From positions 8,519 to 72,518 of the forward strand of contig JAFGCR010000002.1 in the NCBI GenBank assembly GCA_016932495.1: a stretch of 64,000 bases of DNA, written 5' to 3'. Each line of letters starts with the position of its first letter. Position 1 is the first letter of the stretch. A model generated the notes under the pieces. That model was given only the letters and a program-made list of their open reading frames with translations. It was not told where the DNA came from and made no database searches. Source of the DNA: Candidatus Peregrinibacteria bacterium (lineage in GTDB: Bacteria; Patescibacteriota; Gracilibacteria; UM-FILTER-43-11). The position numbers and the translations under genes are program-made. Positions 26,307 to 36,103 of this stretch are shown one piece after another.

Positions 26307-27293
26307 ATGCATATCATTCAAGAAGAAATCGGCTTACCTAAAATCAAGGCTGACTCTGCCAGCCCGAATCATGCGGTATTCACGATCAGTCCTCTTCCGT
26401 CAGGATATGGAATGACTTTAGGGAACGCGTTTCGCCGAGTTCTTTTATCTTCTCTTCCCGGTGCCGCCATCACATCGGTGAAAATCGAAGGGGTTACTCA
26501 TGAATATGCCACCATCCCCGGGGTGCAGGATAGTGTGCTTGATATTATTTTGAATTTAAAACAGCTCCAGCTTAAAAAACATTCCAAAGAACCGGAAGTT
26601 ATTAAATTGTCCTTTAAAAAAGAAGGGGATGTGCTTGCCAAGAATATCGAACACTCCAGTGATATCGAGATCCTGAACCCGGATCTCCGTATAACTACCT
26701 TGACCAAAAAAACCGCTAAACTGAATATAGAAATGCGTGTAGAGAAGGGTGTCGGATACGAACCGGTCACCTTACGGAAGAAAAGCGGGAAAGAATTGGG
26801 AATGATTCTGATCGACGCCATTTATAGCCCGGTTCTAAAAGTTCGTTACGATGTTTCCAATACCCGTGTGGGCGAGATGACTGACCTCGATAAACTGACC
26901 CTCGAAATCGAGACCAATGGTTCTATCAGCCCGGAAGATACTTTAAAATTTACAGCCAGTGTCCTCAAATCTTATTTTGATCTGTTCCTGGTCGAAGAAG
27001 AGGAGGTGGAACCGGATTTCCGCAGCGACCGCCAGCAGGTCAAAGCCAAAGAGCTCCAGGAAGAAGAAGAGGAATCCAAAAAAGAAACCTATACGCCTAT
27101 CGAAATCCTCAATTTTTCTCCGCGCACTCTTAATTCATTGATCAATGGAGGGATCGGTTCGATCGAGCAGCTGGTCAAATGCACGCCAAGCAAACTCGGT
27201 AATTTCCGCGGTTTTGGCAAAAAAGCTATGACCGAAGTCAGCGAAGCCCTCGCTACCCGCGGTCTGAAACTGATGGATGAGCGCGAATTTTAG
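26307..27293 (+). CDS. rpoA: DNA-directed RNA polymerase subunit alpha
   Basis: N-terminal domain (GYGMTLGNAFRRVLLSSLPGAA) and a C-terminal HhH domain (IEILNFSPRTLNSL). They are joined by an unusually acidic linker. Confidence 0.95.
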   Translation: MHIIQEEIGLPKIKADSASPNHAVFTISPLPSGYGMTLGNAFRRVLLSSLPGAAITSVKIEGVTHEYATIPGVQDSVLDIILNLKQLQLKKHSKEPEVIKLSFKKEGDVLAKNIEHSSDIEILNPDLRITTLTKKTAKLNIEMRVEKGVGYEPVTLRKKSGKELGMILIDAIYSPVLKVRYDVSNTRVGEMTDLDKLTLEIETNGSISPEDTLKFTASVLKSYFDLFLVEEEEVEPDFRSDRQQVKAKELQEEEEESKKETYTPIEILNFSPRTLNSLINGGIGSIEQLVKCTPSKLGNFRGFGKKAMTEVSEALATRGLKLMDEREF

Positions 27294-27346
27294 CTTTTGC
27301 TTTTACCCATACCAGAAACTGAATTCTTTAATCTTTAATCCACTCC

Positions 27347-27700
27347 ATGCGTCACGCTGTTAAATCCACACGAATCAACCGGGATGAAGCCCACCTGGAT
27401 GCCATGCTCAGAAATATGGTGACCTCTATTATTCTTTACGAAAAAGTAAAAACAACCCGCGCTAAAGCCAAACTGGTGAAGCCTTTGGTCGAAAAGGTGA
27501 TCAGCGCTACCCGCAAACAATCCCCTGTGCAGGCTATGCGCAGTCTCAATCGCTATTTGTCCGATAAAAATGCTTCTGTAAAACTTGTTAAAGAACTGAA
27601 AGACCGCTATAAAGACCGCTCTTCCGGGTTTGTCCGGCTGACTCATTTGGGCTTTCGGGTCGGAGACGCGGCACCCATGGTACAAATTGAACTTGTTTAA
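27347..27700 (+). CDS. rplQ: 50S ribosomal protein L17
   Basis: MRH....R.NR...H..AMLRNM..S....E...TT..KAK... Confidence 0.95.
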   Translation: MRHAVKSTRINRDEAHLDAMLRNMVTSIILYEKVKTTRAKAKLVKPLVEKVISATRKQSPVQAMRSLNRYLSDKNASVKLVKELKDRYKDRSSGFVRLTHLGFRVGDAAPMVQIELV

Positions 27701-27704
27701 TCCT

Positions 27705-28142
27705 ATGACACTTAAAACTCATACACCAAAGAAGGAATCCAAAGCCGATAAGAAATGGTTTCTGGTCGATGCCGAAGGAAAGACCCTTGGTCATTTAGCC
27801 ACCCAGATCGCTGTAACCCTACGCGGGAAGGGCAAACCCACTTTTACCCCCCATCTGGACATGGGTGACTATGTGGTGGTTATCAATGCTGATAAGATCC
27901 GTTTAACGGGCCAAAAAGAATCGCAGAAAGAGTATATCCATCACACAGGTTATCTGGGGCATCTGCGCCGCCAATCCATCAAAGAGGTGCGTACTAAAAA
28001 CCCCGCCCGCATTATAGAAGAGGCTGTTGCCGGTATGGTCCCCCGCAATCGCCTTAAGAAATTCATTTTGGCAAAACTTAAAGTGTATGCCGGCACTGAT
28101 CATCCTCACGGGGGCCAAAAACTTAAACCTCTATCCATTTAA
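27705..28142 (+). CDS. rplM: 50S ribosomal protein L13
   Basis: The ATG at 27705 (MTLKTHTPKK...WFLVDAEGKTLG) is preferred over the overlapping TTG at 27687. Confidence 0.95.
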   Translation: MTLKTHTPKKESKADKKWFLVDAEGKTLGHLATQIAVTLRGKGKPTFTPHLDMGDYVVVINADKIRLTGQKESQKEYIHHTGYLGHLRRQSIKEVRTKNPARIIEEAVAGMVPRNRLKKFILAKLKVYAGTDHPHGGQKLKPLSI

Positions 28143-28158
28143 TTAATTTATATTATTT

Positions 28159-28587
28159 ATGCCCACGAAGACTGAAGAAAAAACATCTATCGAACGGAAG
28201 GGTAAATATTATTACGCGAATGGGAAGCGGAAAACATCCGTTGCCCGTGTTCGCTTATATGAAAAGGGGAAGGGGGATATCGTAGTGAATGATCAGCCGC
28301 TGAACGATTATTTTTTCGGCGCTTTGATCGGCGATGTGAAATCTCCTCTGAAGTTAGTCGATATGCTGAAAAGTTTTGACGTGGTTGTGAAGGTGGCAGG
28401 AGGGGGTGTCAGTTCACAGGCAGATGCTGTCCGGCATGGCATTGCCAAGGCGTTAACGGTTTTTGATCCTGCCTTAAGAACGATTTTAAAACGTGCCGGC
28501 CTTTTAACACGGGATGCCCGCGTGAAAGAGCGTAAGAAATTCGGCCTCCATCGGGCGCGCCGTGCTCCCCAGTGGAGTAAACGTTAA
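28159..28587 (+). CDS. rpsI: 30S ribosomal protein S9
   Basis: ...[16 protein letters not shown]... and a C-terminal ...[18 protein letters not shown]. Confidence 0.96.
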   Translation: MPTKTEEKTSIERKGKYYYANGKRKTSVARVRLYEKGKGDIVVNDQPLNDYFFGALIGDVKSPLKLVDMLKSFDVVVKVAGGGVSSQADAVRHGIAKALTVFDPALRTILKRAGLLTRDARVKERKKFGLHRARRAPQWSKR

Positions 28588-28598
28588 ATCATTCAATC

Positions 28599-28626
28599 AA
28601 CCCGCCTCCCTTGGCGGGTTTTTTGT
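28599..28626 (+). terminator. Rho-independent terminator closing the ribosomal super-operon
   Basis: aacccgcc-tccctt-ggcgggtt followed by ttttgt. Confidence 0.8.
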
Positions 28627-29015
28627 ATAAACCATTCCACCGGATTACAAAACCAATCCTCCTTTACGCTGTACTGCCTTCTTACTGCCGTCTTTTTTCT
28701 GTGAAACCGAATGGCTATCTTTTGACCGGCCAAAAGATAGCCGAGAAAACCCGCCCGCTAGGGCAATGTCCTTCTTCTTAAAATTTTGCATACAAAATTT
28801 CATTCAGAAGCCTTTCGTTCCGTGTCTCTTCGGCAGGCTCAGAGCCACTGCACTTCAGAACGCATTGTTCGCAACCCAAACGGGGGATCACGAACCCAAT
28901 CCGCCGATGTGCCTTATGCCAGCCTCTCCATAGGCGCGATCCCCCCGGTCCCCCCGGTACCCCATGTCTTTGTCCTGCCCTGCGAATATCGGGGCTGTAT
29001 TGCCGTGCCGATACT

Positions 29016-29053
29016 AAAAAAACAACAAACAAGCCCCCCCATGACAAGGGGGG
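29016..29053 (-). terminator. Rho-independent terminator of the minus-strand gene 29114..30499
   Basis: On the minus strand: cccccc-ttgtcat-gggggg followed by cttgtttgttgttttttt. Confidence 0.65.
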
Positions 29054-29113
29054 TAGGGGGTTAAACAACAAAAAATAAAAAAATCAGAATAACCTACAAT
29101 GATTATTTTACGG

Positions 29114-30499
29114 TTATTCCCCTGTGCCTGCCGCTGAGACCTCCAGCTCCGGCGGAGTGGGCTTAAGAGAAAAGCTGGGCCAGCTGTAGCTGTAACGGTT
29201 GCCCGGGCTCCAGATCACAAAGCCGGCACCCCCCGCATCATAAGTCGCTTGTACCTGGTCATTCATAAACCATGTGCCAAAACCGTTTATTCTTAAAGGA
29301 AAGCCTTGTACCCACGTCCGGATTTGCGCATTCCCATCGGCTTTTTCAACAAAATTTCTGATGGAATCATGCACAAAGCCGTACGGCGCCCCCCAGGGAT
29401 TCGTGTAGCCATAGTAACCCGGGCTGACATGGGAGGGATAGGTCATGGGGTAGATCGCATCTACATATTTGGCGATCTCAGCCGGGTCCTGGCCCACGAT
29501 GTTCCAATCCACATTTCCCCATACAATGGCTCCGAATACATCCACACTTAATTCGATGCCATGATCATCGGCCAAGCGGCGCGCTTTGGCTAAAAAGTCA
29601 GTGATGATGTCTGACCGAGAGAATTTTTCTTCATCATAATGGTAATCAAGACTCTGGTGTGCGGCTGCCGGGAAACGGATGTAGTCGAACTGGATTTCAT
29701 CGAAGCCCAGATTGGCTACCTCCTGCATAATATAGAGGTTGTAATTCTGCACCCCCGGCTTTGACGGATCCAGCCATCGGTAATCGTATAACCCGCCCCA
29801 TTTGTTCTGGATCCTCCATTCCGGCTTACGGGAACCGACATACGGGTCATTGAATACTACCTGCCGGGCAATCACATAGAGCCCTTTTTTATGTAATTCG
29901 TTGATGATCTCAGGAAAATTATCCAGTAACGTGTCACCCGGATTGATGCTTTTTAAATAGTCATTTTTAGGCGTAAAGGCCAGGAGGCCGCCTCCATGTT
30001 CCACATCGATTACCACAGCGTTACCGCCGCTTTCTATGAGTTTATCGACCAGTTCCCAGCCGTAAGCGCTTGCCATGGTTCCTACCGTGATATAAATGCC
30101 TTTTACAGAATCAGGGGTTTTCATCCGGTTGATGATCACGCTATTTTCTTTTTTTACTTCAAGAATTTCAGGGTTTTCATCCAGTGCGGGCTCCACCTTG
30201 TCTTCTTTCGGCTGAGAATCGGCAACCGCGTCTTTAGTATCGTCTGCCTGCCCCGTATCCTGCGAGGATGTGTCTGATACGTTGTCAGGCATAGCTTTTT
30301 CAGTGTCTTTTTTATTTTTTCCCTCCTCTAATATTTTTTCGCTGGCATTGGCCTTTAATTCTGTCTGGATGGCATTGATTTTTTCCAGATAATAATTGAT
30401 CAGGCTGAAAATACGGTTTTCTTCCGCAAAGACACTTCCGTAAAACACCAGCGCAATCAACACGCCCGCAATCCCGATGATGGACCGTTTTTTGCTCAA
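29114..30499 (-). CDS. Membrane-anchored putative glycoside hydrolase (TIM-barrel, DUF4015-like)
   Basis: N-terminal TM helix and an acidic linker. Then VKGIYIT...GGNAVVIDVEHGGG...GLYVIARQVVFNDP...WLDPSKPGVQNYNLYIMQEVANLGFDEIQFDYIRFP. The family call comes from motif memory. Confidence 0.55.
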   Translation of the reverse strand: MSKKRSIIGIAGVLIALVFYGSVFAEENRIFSLINYYLEKINAIQTELKANASEKILEEGKNKKDTEKAMPDNVSDTSSQDTGQADDTKDAVADSQPKEDKVEPALDENPEILEVKKENSVIINRMKTPDSVKGIYITVGTMASAYGWELVDKLIESGGNAVVIDVEHGGGLLAFTPKNDYLKSINPGDTLLDNFPEIINELHKKGLYVIARQVVFNDPYVGSRKPEWRIQNKWGGLYDYRWLDPSKPGVQNYNLYIMQEVANLGFDEIQFDYIRFPAAAHQSLDYHYDEEKFSRSDIITDFLAKARRLADDHGIELSVDVFGAIVWGNVDWNIVGQDPAEIAKYVDAIYPMTYPSHVSPGYYGYTNPWGAPYGFVHDSIRNFVEKADGNAQIRTWVQGFPLRINGFGTWFMNDQVQATYDAGGAGFVIWSPGNRYSYSWPSFSLKPTPPELEVSAAGTGE

Positions 30500-30503
30500 G
30501 GGG

Positions 30504-31469
30504 TTAATAAGTCAGTTGGTACCAGTTTGTTTCCGCTGGACTATAAAAATAAATCATTCCGCCCCTTTCTGCCAATACTTTTTCAATTTTAAAGTCCGTT
30601 TTTCTCATAATTGCCCTGGTTCCCCTGTCAGAAACACTGAAGCTTTCGATCAGGGATTCATTTTTTTCTTCATTATAAGTGAAATAAATCAGCGTATCGC
30701 CATCTTCCCATACAGCATTTCCAAGATCAAGTGTCTGGCCGATGGCTTCGATCGTCCTTTCAGCCGCCTCTATCTTGTATAATTCGTTTTTGCTGTCATT
30801 GGCGAGCAGATAACTCCCCGCTGGTGACCAGGTTAGGTTCAGGGGCAGGAAGGGGGTGATTATTTTTTTGCGTGATGTCCTTTTAATATCAATAAAATAG
30901 ATATCGGTTTCCAGAATGCCTGCCAGCTGGCTGGCGTCAGGAGACCAATGCCATTCAAGGTCCTCTTTCATATTTTTTAAAGCCGCTACAGGCATTATTC
31001 CGGATTTATCCCATAATTTTACTTTTTCATCTTCCGGGTCCCAAAATACCAGCTTTTCCCCGGAAGGGTCCCATGCGGGCGCAATCAGCGGCCTGTTCCG
31101 CAGAGCCTCAGGAAGCTCACGATTTTTATCGGTTTGCTCCGGGGCGATTTCAATTGGCTGTAATGTCGGTATTTTTTTGAGCGTTACAGCCACTTCGTCA
31201 GTACGGCCGCGTTTTACGGGTACGTTTATGCTTTCTGTAATATACCCGTCCTTGCGGATCTCCAGATGATAGGAACCGCTTTTTAAAACTATTTCACAGG
31301 GGTCTGTTTCGCAGAGTGTCTGGTTCTCCCCCTCTATAATAAAGTAAGAGGTCATTCCTGTCATAATCTTTAGTGCCCCTTTATTGAGAGGATAAAACCA
31401 CATATAAACCCCTCCGGCTAAAAGCAGGGTAATGAGTAAGACCAGGATGTTCTTAAGCCGTTTGAGCAT
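30504..31469 (-). CDS. Membrane-anchored protein with a PEGA-like domain and TolB-like beta-propeller repeats
   Basis: N-terminal TM helix. SGSYHLEIRKDGYITESINVPVKRGRTDEVAVTL looks PEGA-like. Repeated WSPD/WSPAG blades. Confidence 0.45.
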   Translation of the reverse strand: MLKRLKNILVLLITLLLAGGVYMWFYPLNKGALKIMTGMTSYFIIEGENQTLCETDPCEIVLKSGSYHLEIRKDGYITESINVPVKRGRTDEVAVTLKKIPTLQPIEIAPEQTDKNRELPEALRNRPLIAPAWDPSGEKLVFWDPEDEKVKLWDKSGIMPVAALKNMKEDLEWHWSPDASQLAGILETDIYFIDIKRTSRKKIITPFLPLNLTWSPAGSYLLANDSKNELYKIEAAERTIEAIGQTLDLGNAVWEDGDTLIYFTYNEEKNESLIESFSVSDRGTRAIMRKTDFKIEKVLAERGGMIYFYSPAETNWYQLTY

Positions 31470-31471
31470 AT

Positions 31472-31831
31472 TTATAAGCTGATGTTTTCAAAATGCTGTA
31501 CGAGGGCTTCCCCATTGTCCCATTCAATGCTTATTATATCAATCCTCCAGTCGCGGTCTTCCTGATTTTTTTCCGTCAGCCATTGTTCGGCAGTTTCGAT
31601 GATCTTTTCAATTTTAGCCTCATCCACCGCTTCTTCCGGGTAGCCGAACGCACGGTTATGGCGCGTTTTTACTTCTGCAAAGACGATCTCATCACTTGCG
31701 GGATCGCGCGCGATGAGATCGATTTCCCCGGACCGTTTCAGATAATTGCGGGCAAGGATATCATATCCTTTACCCGCTAAATATCTGACGGCTTTTTCCT
31801 CCCCCTTCTTTCCAAACGCTTTTCGGTCCAT
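31472..31831 (-). CDS. yraN: YraN-family (UPF0102) endonuclease-like protein
   Basis: GEEKAVRYLAGKGYDILARNYLKRSGEIDLIARD...IVFAEVKTR. Confidence 0.85.
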   Translation of the reverse strand: MDRKAFGKKGEEKAVRYLAGKGYDILARNYLKRSGEIDLIARDPASDEIVFAEVKTRHNRAFGYPEEAVDEAKIEKIIETAEQWLTEKNQEDRDWRIDIISIEWDNGEALVQHFENISL

Positions 31832-32413
31832 TTATATGAATAAACTTAAAGTAAAGCTAGCCCCGATAGGGATGAGCAGGTTGTCATCGATTTCAAAATT
31901 GAAGATCCGGATGTTTGGCATTTCCAGAAACATGGCGATGCAGGAGGCCGCGATGGCGGCGGGCAGGTTCGGCACAAAAAAATAGGCTATCGGAATGGAA
32001 ACAAGTATTCCAACAAAAGTCCCTTCCACATATTTATCCGGATTGAGTTTGGTTTTGATCTTCCCATAATGCCGGCCTACCAGATTAGAGACTGCGTCCC
32101 CGAAACTCAGGATCAAGATACCTGCGTAAGCTGGTAAGGGGTCAAACAACAGAAGTGACAAAAAAGCCCCGATGGTAAAAAATAGAACCCCCCGTCCCGG
32201 GAAATTCGCCATGTGATGGTCCCGTTCGAATAAGCTTAAAACCCGCCGGCAAAGCCCCAGACGTTCACGTTTTATCATGAATGACATAATGGAGCCGCCC
32301 AGGATCATACCGAATAATATCGGAAGCGTGAGAATATCATAAAGATGAAGCAGGATGATAGCGGGCCCGTAGATGATATGGATGATCTGACGGCGGAATT
32401 CTAATTTGTGCAT
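31832..32413 (-). CDS. Polyprenol (dolichol/phytol) kinase-like membrane protein, CdsA superfamily
   Basis: Polytopic membrane protein with GDAVSNLVGRHYGK...KYVEGTFVG... motifs. Confidence 0.5.
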   Translation of the reverse strand: MHKLEFRRQIIHIIYGPAIILLHLYDILTLPILFGMILGGSIMSFMIKRERLGLCRRVLSLFERDHHMANFPGRGVLFFTIGAFLSLLLFDPLPAYAGILILSFGDAVSNLVGRHYGKIKTKLNPDKYVEGTFVGILVSIPIAYFFVPNLPAAIAASCIAMFLEMPNIRIFNFEIDDNLLIPIGASFTLSLFI

Positions 32414-32425
32414 AGTAATATAATT

Positions 32426-32510
32426 CCCAATGACTCAATGGCCAATGACCAATTTTATTTATTAAGCAGACCATCATTGGTCATCGGGACATTGGAAATT
32501 GGCCATTGAG
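32426..32510. repeat. Inverted CCAATGA-word arrays forming a long hairpin in a divergent intergenic region
   Basis: cccaatgactcaatggccaatgaccaat ... cattggtcatcgggacattggaaattggccattgag. Confidence 0.7.
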
Positions 32511-32547
32511 TATGTTACCTTATTTATGTTTTATTTACCACGTTCAA

Positions 32548-33672
32548 ATGTTGCTCACGCGCGAATCCTTTGAGACCAGAGAAAACAAAATCCTTGCCCC
32601 CTATGCTGTCAGAAGTGCGGAAAGCCATGGCCGTGAGTTTAAAGAACCGGAGGATCCTTATCGTACCTGTTTTCAGCGCGATCGGGACCGTGTCATCCAC
32701 TCCAAGGCCTTCCGGCGTTTAAAAGGAAAAACCCAGGTTTTTATTGCCCATTACGGCGACCATTACCGCTCCCGTCTTACTCATACCATGGAAGTCGCCC
32801 AGCTAAGCCGGGATCTGGCCCGCATGCTGAATTTGAATGAAGACCTCGCGGAAACTATCGCCCTGGCTCATGACCTTGGCCACACGCCTTTCGGCCACGC
32901 GGGTCAGGATACGGTAAATGAACTGATGCGGGAATATGGGCAGAGTTTTGAGCATAACGAACAGAGCCGGCGTGTGGTGGAATATCTGGAAGAAAAGAGC
33001 GCTGATTACCGGGGGCTTAATCTTACTTTTGAAGTCCGCGATGGCCTGATCAAACACCGTACCTCTTTTGACCAGCCCGTTTCTTTAGATGTCCATATGC
33101 CCTCTTTAGAGGCACAGATAGTGAATATGGCTGATGAGATTGCTTATCTGAATCATGATATTGATGACGGTTTGCGTGCGGGGATTCTAAAAAAAGAGGC
33201 ATTAAATGATTTGGCGATCTGGAAGAAGACCCAGACAAATGTAAACCAGACTTTACCTCAGCCTTTTCTTATTTCAGCGATGATCTCCAGCCTGATCGGT
33301 TTGATGATCCATGATTTGGCCGACAATACCGATCACCTCATTGCTTCCGCCGGGATCAGCGATCTGGAATCGGTTTATAGCCACTCTAAGCCCCTATCCA
33401 CCTTCTCAGAAGGCTTTAAAAAAGAATGTGCTGAACTGAAAGATTTTTTATACGAATATTTTTACCGTTCTAATGGGGTGGCTGATTACAATATAAAGGG
33501 GCAGAACATCATCCGTTTTCTGTTTAAAAAATTGATGTCTAATTTTCAGCTTCTTCCTGAAAAAATCCGCCAAAATCCTTATGGGGAAGAAAGTCATGTG
33601 CTGGTAAAGGATTATATCGCCGGCATGACCGACCAGTTTGCACTGGATCTGTATGATCAATTAACGAAATGA
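32548..33672 (+). CDS. dgt: dGTPase-like deoxynucleoside triphosphate triphosphohydrolase (HD domain)
   Basis: FQRDRDRVIHSKAFRRLKGKTQVF...RLTHTMEVAQLSRDLAR...AHDLGHTPFGHAG. The start is uncertain (32506, 32512 or 32548). Confidence 0.9.
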   Translation: MLLTRESFETRENKILAPYAVRSAESHGREFKEPEDPYRTCFQRDRDRVIHSKAFRRLKGKTQVFIAHYGDHYRSRLTHTMEVAQLSRDLARMLNLNEDLAETIALAHDLGHTPFGHAGQDTVNELMREYGQSFEHNEQSRRVVEYLEEKSADYRGLNLTFEVRDGLIKHRTSFDQPVSLDVHMPSLEAQIVNMADEIAYLNHDIDDGLRAGILKKEALNDLAIWKKTQTNVNQTLPQPFLISAMISSLIGLMIHDLADNTDHLIASAGISDLESVYSHSKPLSTFSEGFKKECAELKDFLYEYFYRSNGVADYNIKGQNIIRFLFKKLMSNFQLLPEKIRQNPYGEESHVLVKDYIAGMTDQFALDLYDQLTK

Positions 33673-33769
33673 CGACACGACGATGCAACGACACGACAAC
33701 TGTTTTTAGTTGATAGTTTTTAACTTTTAGTTGTATCGTTATTTCGTTATTTCGTTATTTCGTTTAATT

Positions 33770-34216
33770 GTGCAATGCCCCAAATGCAAAAACGCAGAGA
33801 CCAAGGTGATTGATTCCCGTTTGGCAGAACAGGGGAAGGTCATCCGGCGTCGCCGTGAGTGCGAAAAATGCGGCCGCCGTTTTACCACGTTTGAACGGCA
33901 GGAGATCGGCAGTTTAATGGTGAAAAAGAAAGATGGCACTTTTGAACCGTATAGCCGGACTAAACTCGAAAACGGTATCTGGATCGCCTGCGGGAAGCGT
34001 CCAGTCACCCAGGTTCAGATCGATAAGATGATCAATAGTCTGGAAGAGAAATGGAGCGCGAATAAAAAAGGCATTTCCAGCCAGACCATCGGCAACGATG
34101 TGATGGATGCCCTCAAGAAAATGGATCACATTGCTTATATCCGTTTTGCCAGTGTGTACCGCAGTTTTAAGGATGTGGATGAATTTAAAGAAGAGCTGGC
34201 TAAACTTTTAAAATAA
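33770..34216 (+). CDS. nrdR: Transcriptional repressor NrdR
   Basis: GTG start at 33770 gives (M)QCPKCKNAETKVIDSR...RRRRECEKCGRRFTTFE plus an ATP-cone. The listed upstream extension runs through a repeat array. Confidence 0.93.
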   Translation: MQCPKCKNAETKVIDSRLAEQGKVIRRRRECEKCGRRFTTFERQEIGSLMVKKKDGTFEPYSRTKLENGIWIACGKRPVTQVQIDKMINSLEEKWSANKKGISSQTIGNDVMDALKKMDHIAYIRFASVYRSFKDVDEFKEELAKLLK

Positions 34217-34222
34217 AAATCT

Positions 34223-34684
34223 ATGCGTTTTCACCGGCTTATCGCCGTTCTTATTGTCACTCTTTTTGTCGGCATCAACGCCTTCTTGTTTTCAGATTAT
34301 CTTGGTTTTGAGAAAATACGCCTGGTGACAGAAAGGGGCGATGTGTATAAACTAAAAGTCGAAATAGCCGATACTTTTGAACAAAGACAAAAAGGTCTGA
34401 TGTACCGGAAGCATCTGGATGTGGGCCGGGGGATGCTGTTTGTTTATATAGAACCGGTGCTACCATCTTTTTGGATGAAAAACATGCGCTTCCCGCTTGA
34501 TATTATTTTTATCGGAGAGGACTTACGCGTAAAAACTATTCATGAAAAAGTTCCTCCCTGCGAAACGGAACCTTGTGAACTCTATTCCCCCTCTTCCCGC
34601 ATCCGGTACGTTTTAGAGGTGCCGGGCGGGTATTCCTCCCTCTTTAAAATCAAACCGGGTGATCGTTTGGAATTTGATGAATGA
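34223..34684 (+). CDS. DUF192 (COG1430) domain protein
   Basis: VEIADTFEQRQKGLMYRKHLDVGRGMLFVY...FWMKNMRFPLDIIFI. Confidence 0.8.
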   Translation: MRFHRLIAVLIVTLFVGINAFLFSDYLGFEKIRLVTERGDVYKLKVEIADTFEQRQKGLMYRKHLDVGRGMLFVYIEPVLPSFWMKNMRFPLDIIFIGEDLRVKTIHEKVPPCETEPCELYSPSSRIRYVLEVPGGYSSLFKIKPGDRLEFDE

Positions 34685-34756
34685 GTATGGGTAACGAATA
34701 GATGCGAATAGATACGTATAGAGATCTATTCGAGTCAATCCGCTTCCATTCGTTGC

Positions 34757-35986
34757 CTATTGGTTTTTCAGGTATTCCAGCGCCGCGTCCAATTGAGGGT
34801 CGAGGTCTGCTTCAATGTCATCCAGCGTCCGTTCCACTTTAATATCGGGCTCAATCCCTAATTCTGTGATATTTATATTATTCGGTGTGTACCATTTTGC
34901 CACCGTTACCCGTAAGCTGGAGCCATCAATCAGGCTTTCGACTTCCTGAACCGTTCCTTTGCCGAAACTGGTTTCTCCGATAATAACTCCCCGGTCATGG
35001 TCGCGGATGGCGCCCGCCACGATTTCAGATGCCGAAGCGCTTCCTTTATTGATCAGAACGGCTAAGGGGATACTGACGGCACGGGCTTTGCCATTCACAT
35101 AGATCACCTCGTCTTCTTCGGGGTTTCGTTTTTTTACTGACACCACCTTTCCTTTTTCAATGAATTCTGAGGCGATGTCCACGGCGCCCTCCAGGTATCC
35201 TCCGCCATTGTAGCGCAGGTCCAGGATGATCCCCGAGGGGCGTTTGGCCAGGATCTCGCTGATAGCCCGGCTGAATTCCTCTTTGGTTTTGGCGCCGAAT
35301 TGGTTTAATTCGATCAGTGCGACATCCCCTTTCATTTCCCATTCCACACTGCTGATATTGATGGCTTCCCGAACGATTGTGACCTCAATAGGTTCGGGGT
35401 GCTTATCCCGCACAATGGTCAACGTCACCTTACTGCCCCTTGGCCCCCGTATTTTCATGACCGCCTGCTCAAACGTATATTCTTCCACATCCACTCCGTT
35501 GATTCTCAGGATGATATCTTCCGGCTGGATACCGGCCCGTTTGGCGGGGGAATTTTTAAGCGGGGATACAACGGTGATCAGGCCGTGCCTCAGCGTTAAT
35601 TCCGCCCCGATCCCTTCCAGCGTCCCCTCCATACTGGCTTGAAAATCTTTGTTTTCCTTTGGCGTGAGGAAGGTGGTATAGGGATCATCCAGCGAATAGA
35701 CCATCCCACGGATAGCTCCATAGACCATTTCTTTGTAGTCGAGCGCCTGAGGATCCACATATTTACTTGCCAGCAAACTCCATACATCCCAAAACAGCTG
35801 CATGTCCACTTTATTGTCCGCATTACGGGTTATTTCGTTTTCAATCCGATAGCTGCTTCCCTGTCTTTCTGTCTGGTTCGCTCCCACGTGCCATCCCAGC
35901 GCGAATACAAAGGCAATCAGGATGATCAGCCCTAATATTTTAGGAGTTGACGTGTTGTTTTCGTGCAGGTAAGGGTTCTTTTTCAT
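34757..35986 (-). CDS. ctpA: Carboxy-terminal processing (S41) protease with a PDZ domain
   Basis: PDZ (SPAKRAGIQPEDIILRINGVDV) and the catalytic region LINKGSASASEIVAGAIRD. Start set at the ATG at 35986 (MKKNPYL...). Confidence 0.9.
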   Translation of the reverse strand: MKKNPYLHENNTSTPKILGLIILIAFVFALGWHVGANQTERQGSSYRIENEITRNADNKVDMQLFWDVWSLLASKYVDPQALDYKEMVYGAIRGMVYSLDDPYTTFLTPKENKDFQASMEGTLEGIGAELTLRHGLITVVSPLKNSPAKRAGIQPEDIILRINGVDVEEYTFEQAVMKIRGPRGSKVTLTIVRDKHPEPIEVTIVREAINISSVEWEMKGDVALIELNQFGAKTKEEFSRAISEILAKRPSGIILDLRYNGGGYLEGAVDIASEFIEKGKVVSVKKRNPEEDEVIYVNGKARAVSIPLAVLINKGSASASEIVAGAIRDHDRGVIIGETSFGKGTVQEVESLIDGSSLRVTVAKWYTPNNINITELGIEPDIKVERTLDDIEADLDPQLDAALEYLKNQ

Positions 35987-36103
35987 AGATTTCGTATTGT
36001 GATTCGGATTGCAGGTCGTATCGTGGGCCGTATAGTGGCTCGTATTGTGGTCTACTATTCGATCCACAACTCGGCCAACCATTCAAGCCACTATCCGGAA
36101 TTA

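Noticed and set aside
28627-29015. Tested whether the GC-rich gap is RNase P RNA, tmRNA or SRP RNA.
   Set aside because: By eye, on both strands, I found no GAGGAAAGUCC / ACAGAAxCCGGCUUA P4 strands, no GGGGCUG 5' end paired to a ...UCCACCA 3' end with a proper 5-bp T arm (GGGUUCGUGAUCCC gives only 3 bp), and no GGAAGCAGC SRP motif. The class is left unassigned rather than forced.
28778-29071. Mirror ORFs 28778..29071 (-) and 28786..29064 (+).
   Set aside because: The frames nearly coincide on both strands of a GC-rich segment. The translations are P/G/R-rich and not protein-like. There is no start context, and one ORF runs through a terminator hairpin. The region is interpreted as non-coding or possibly RNA.
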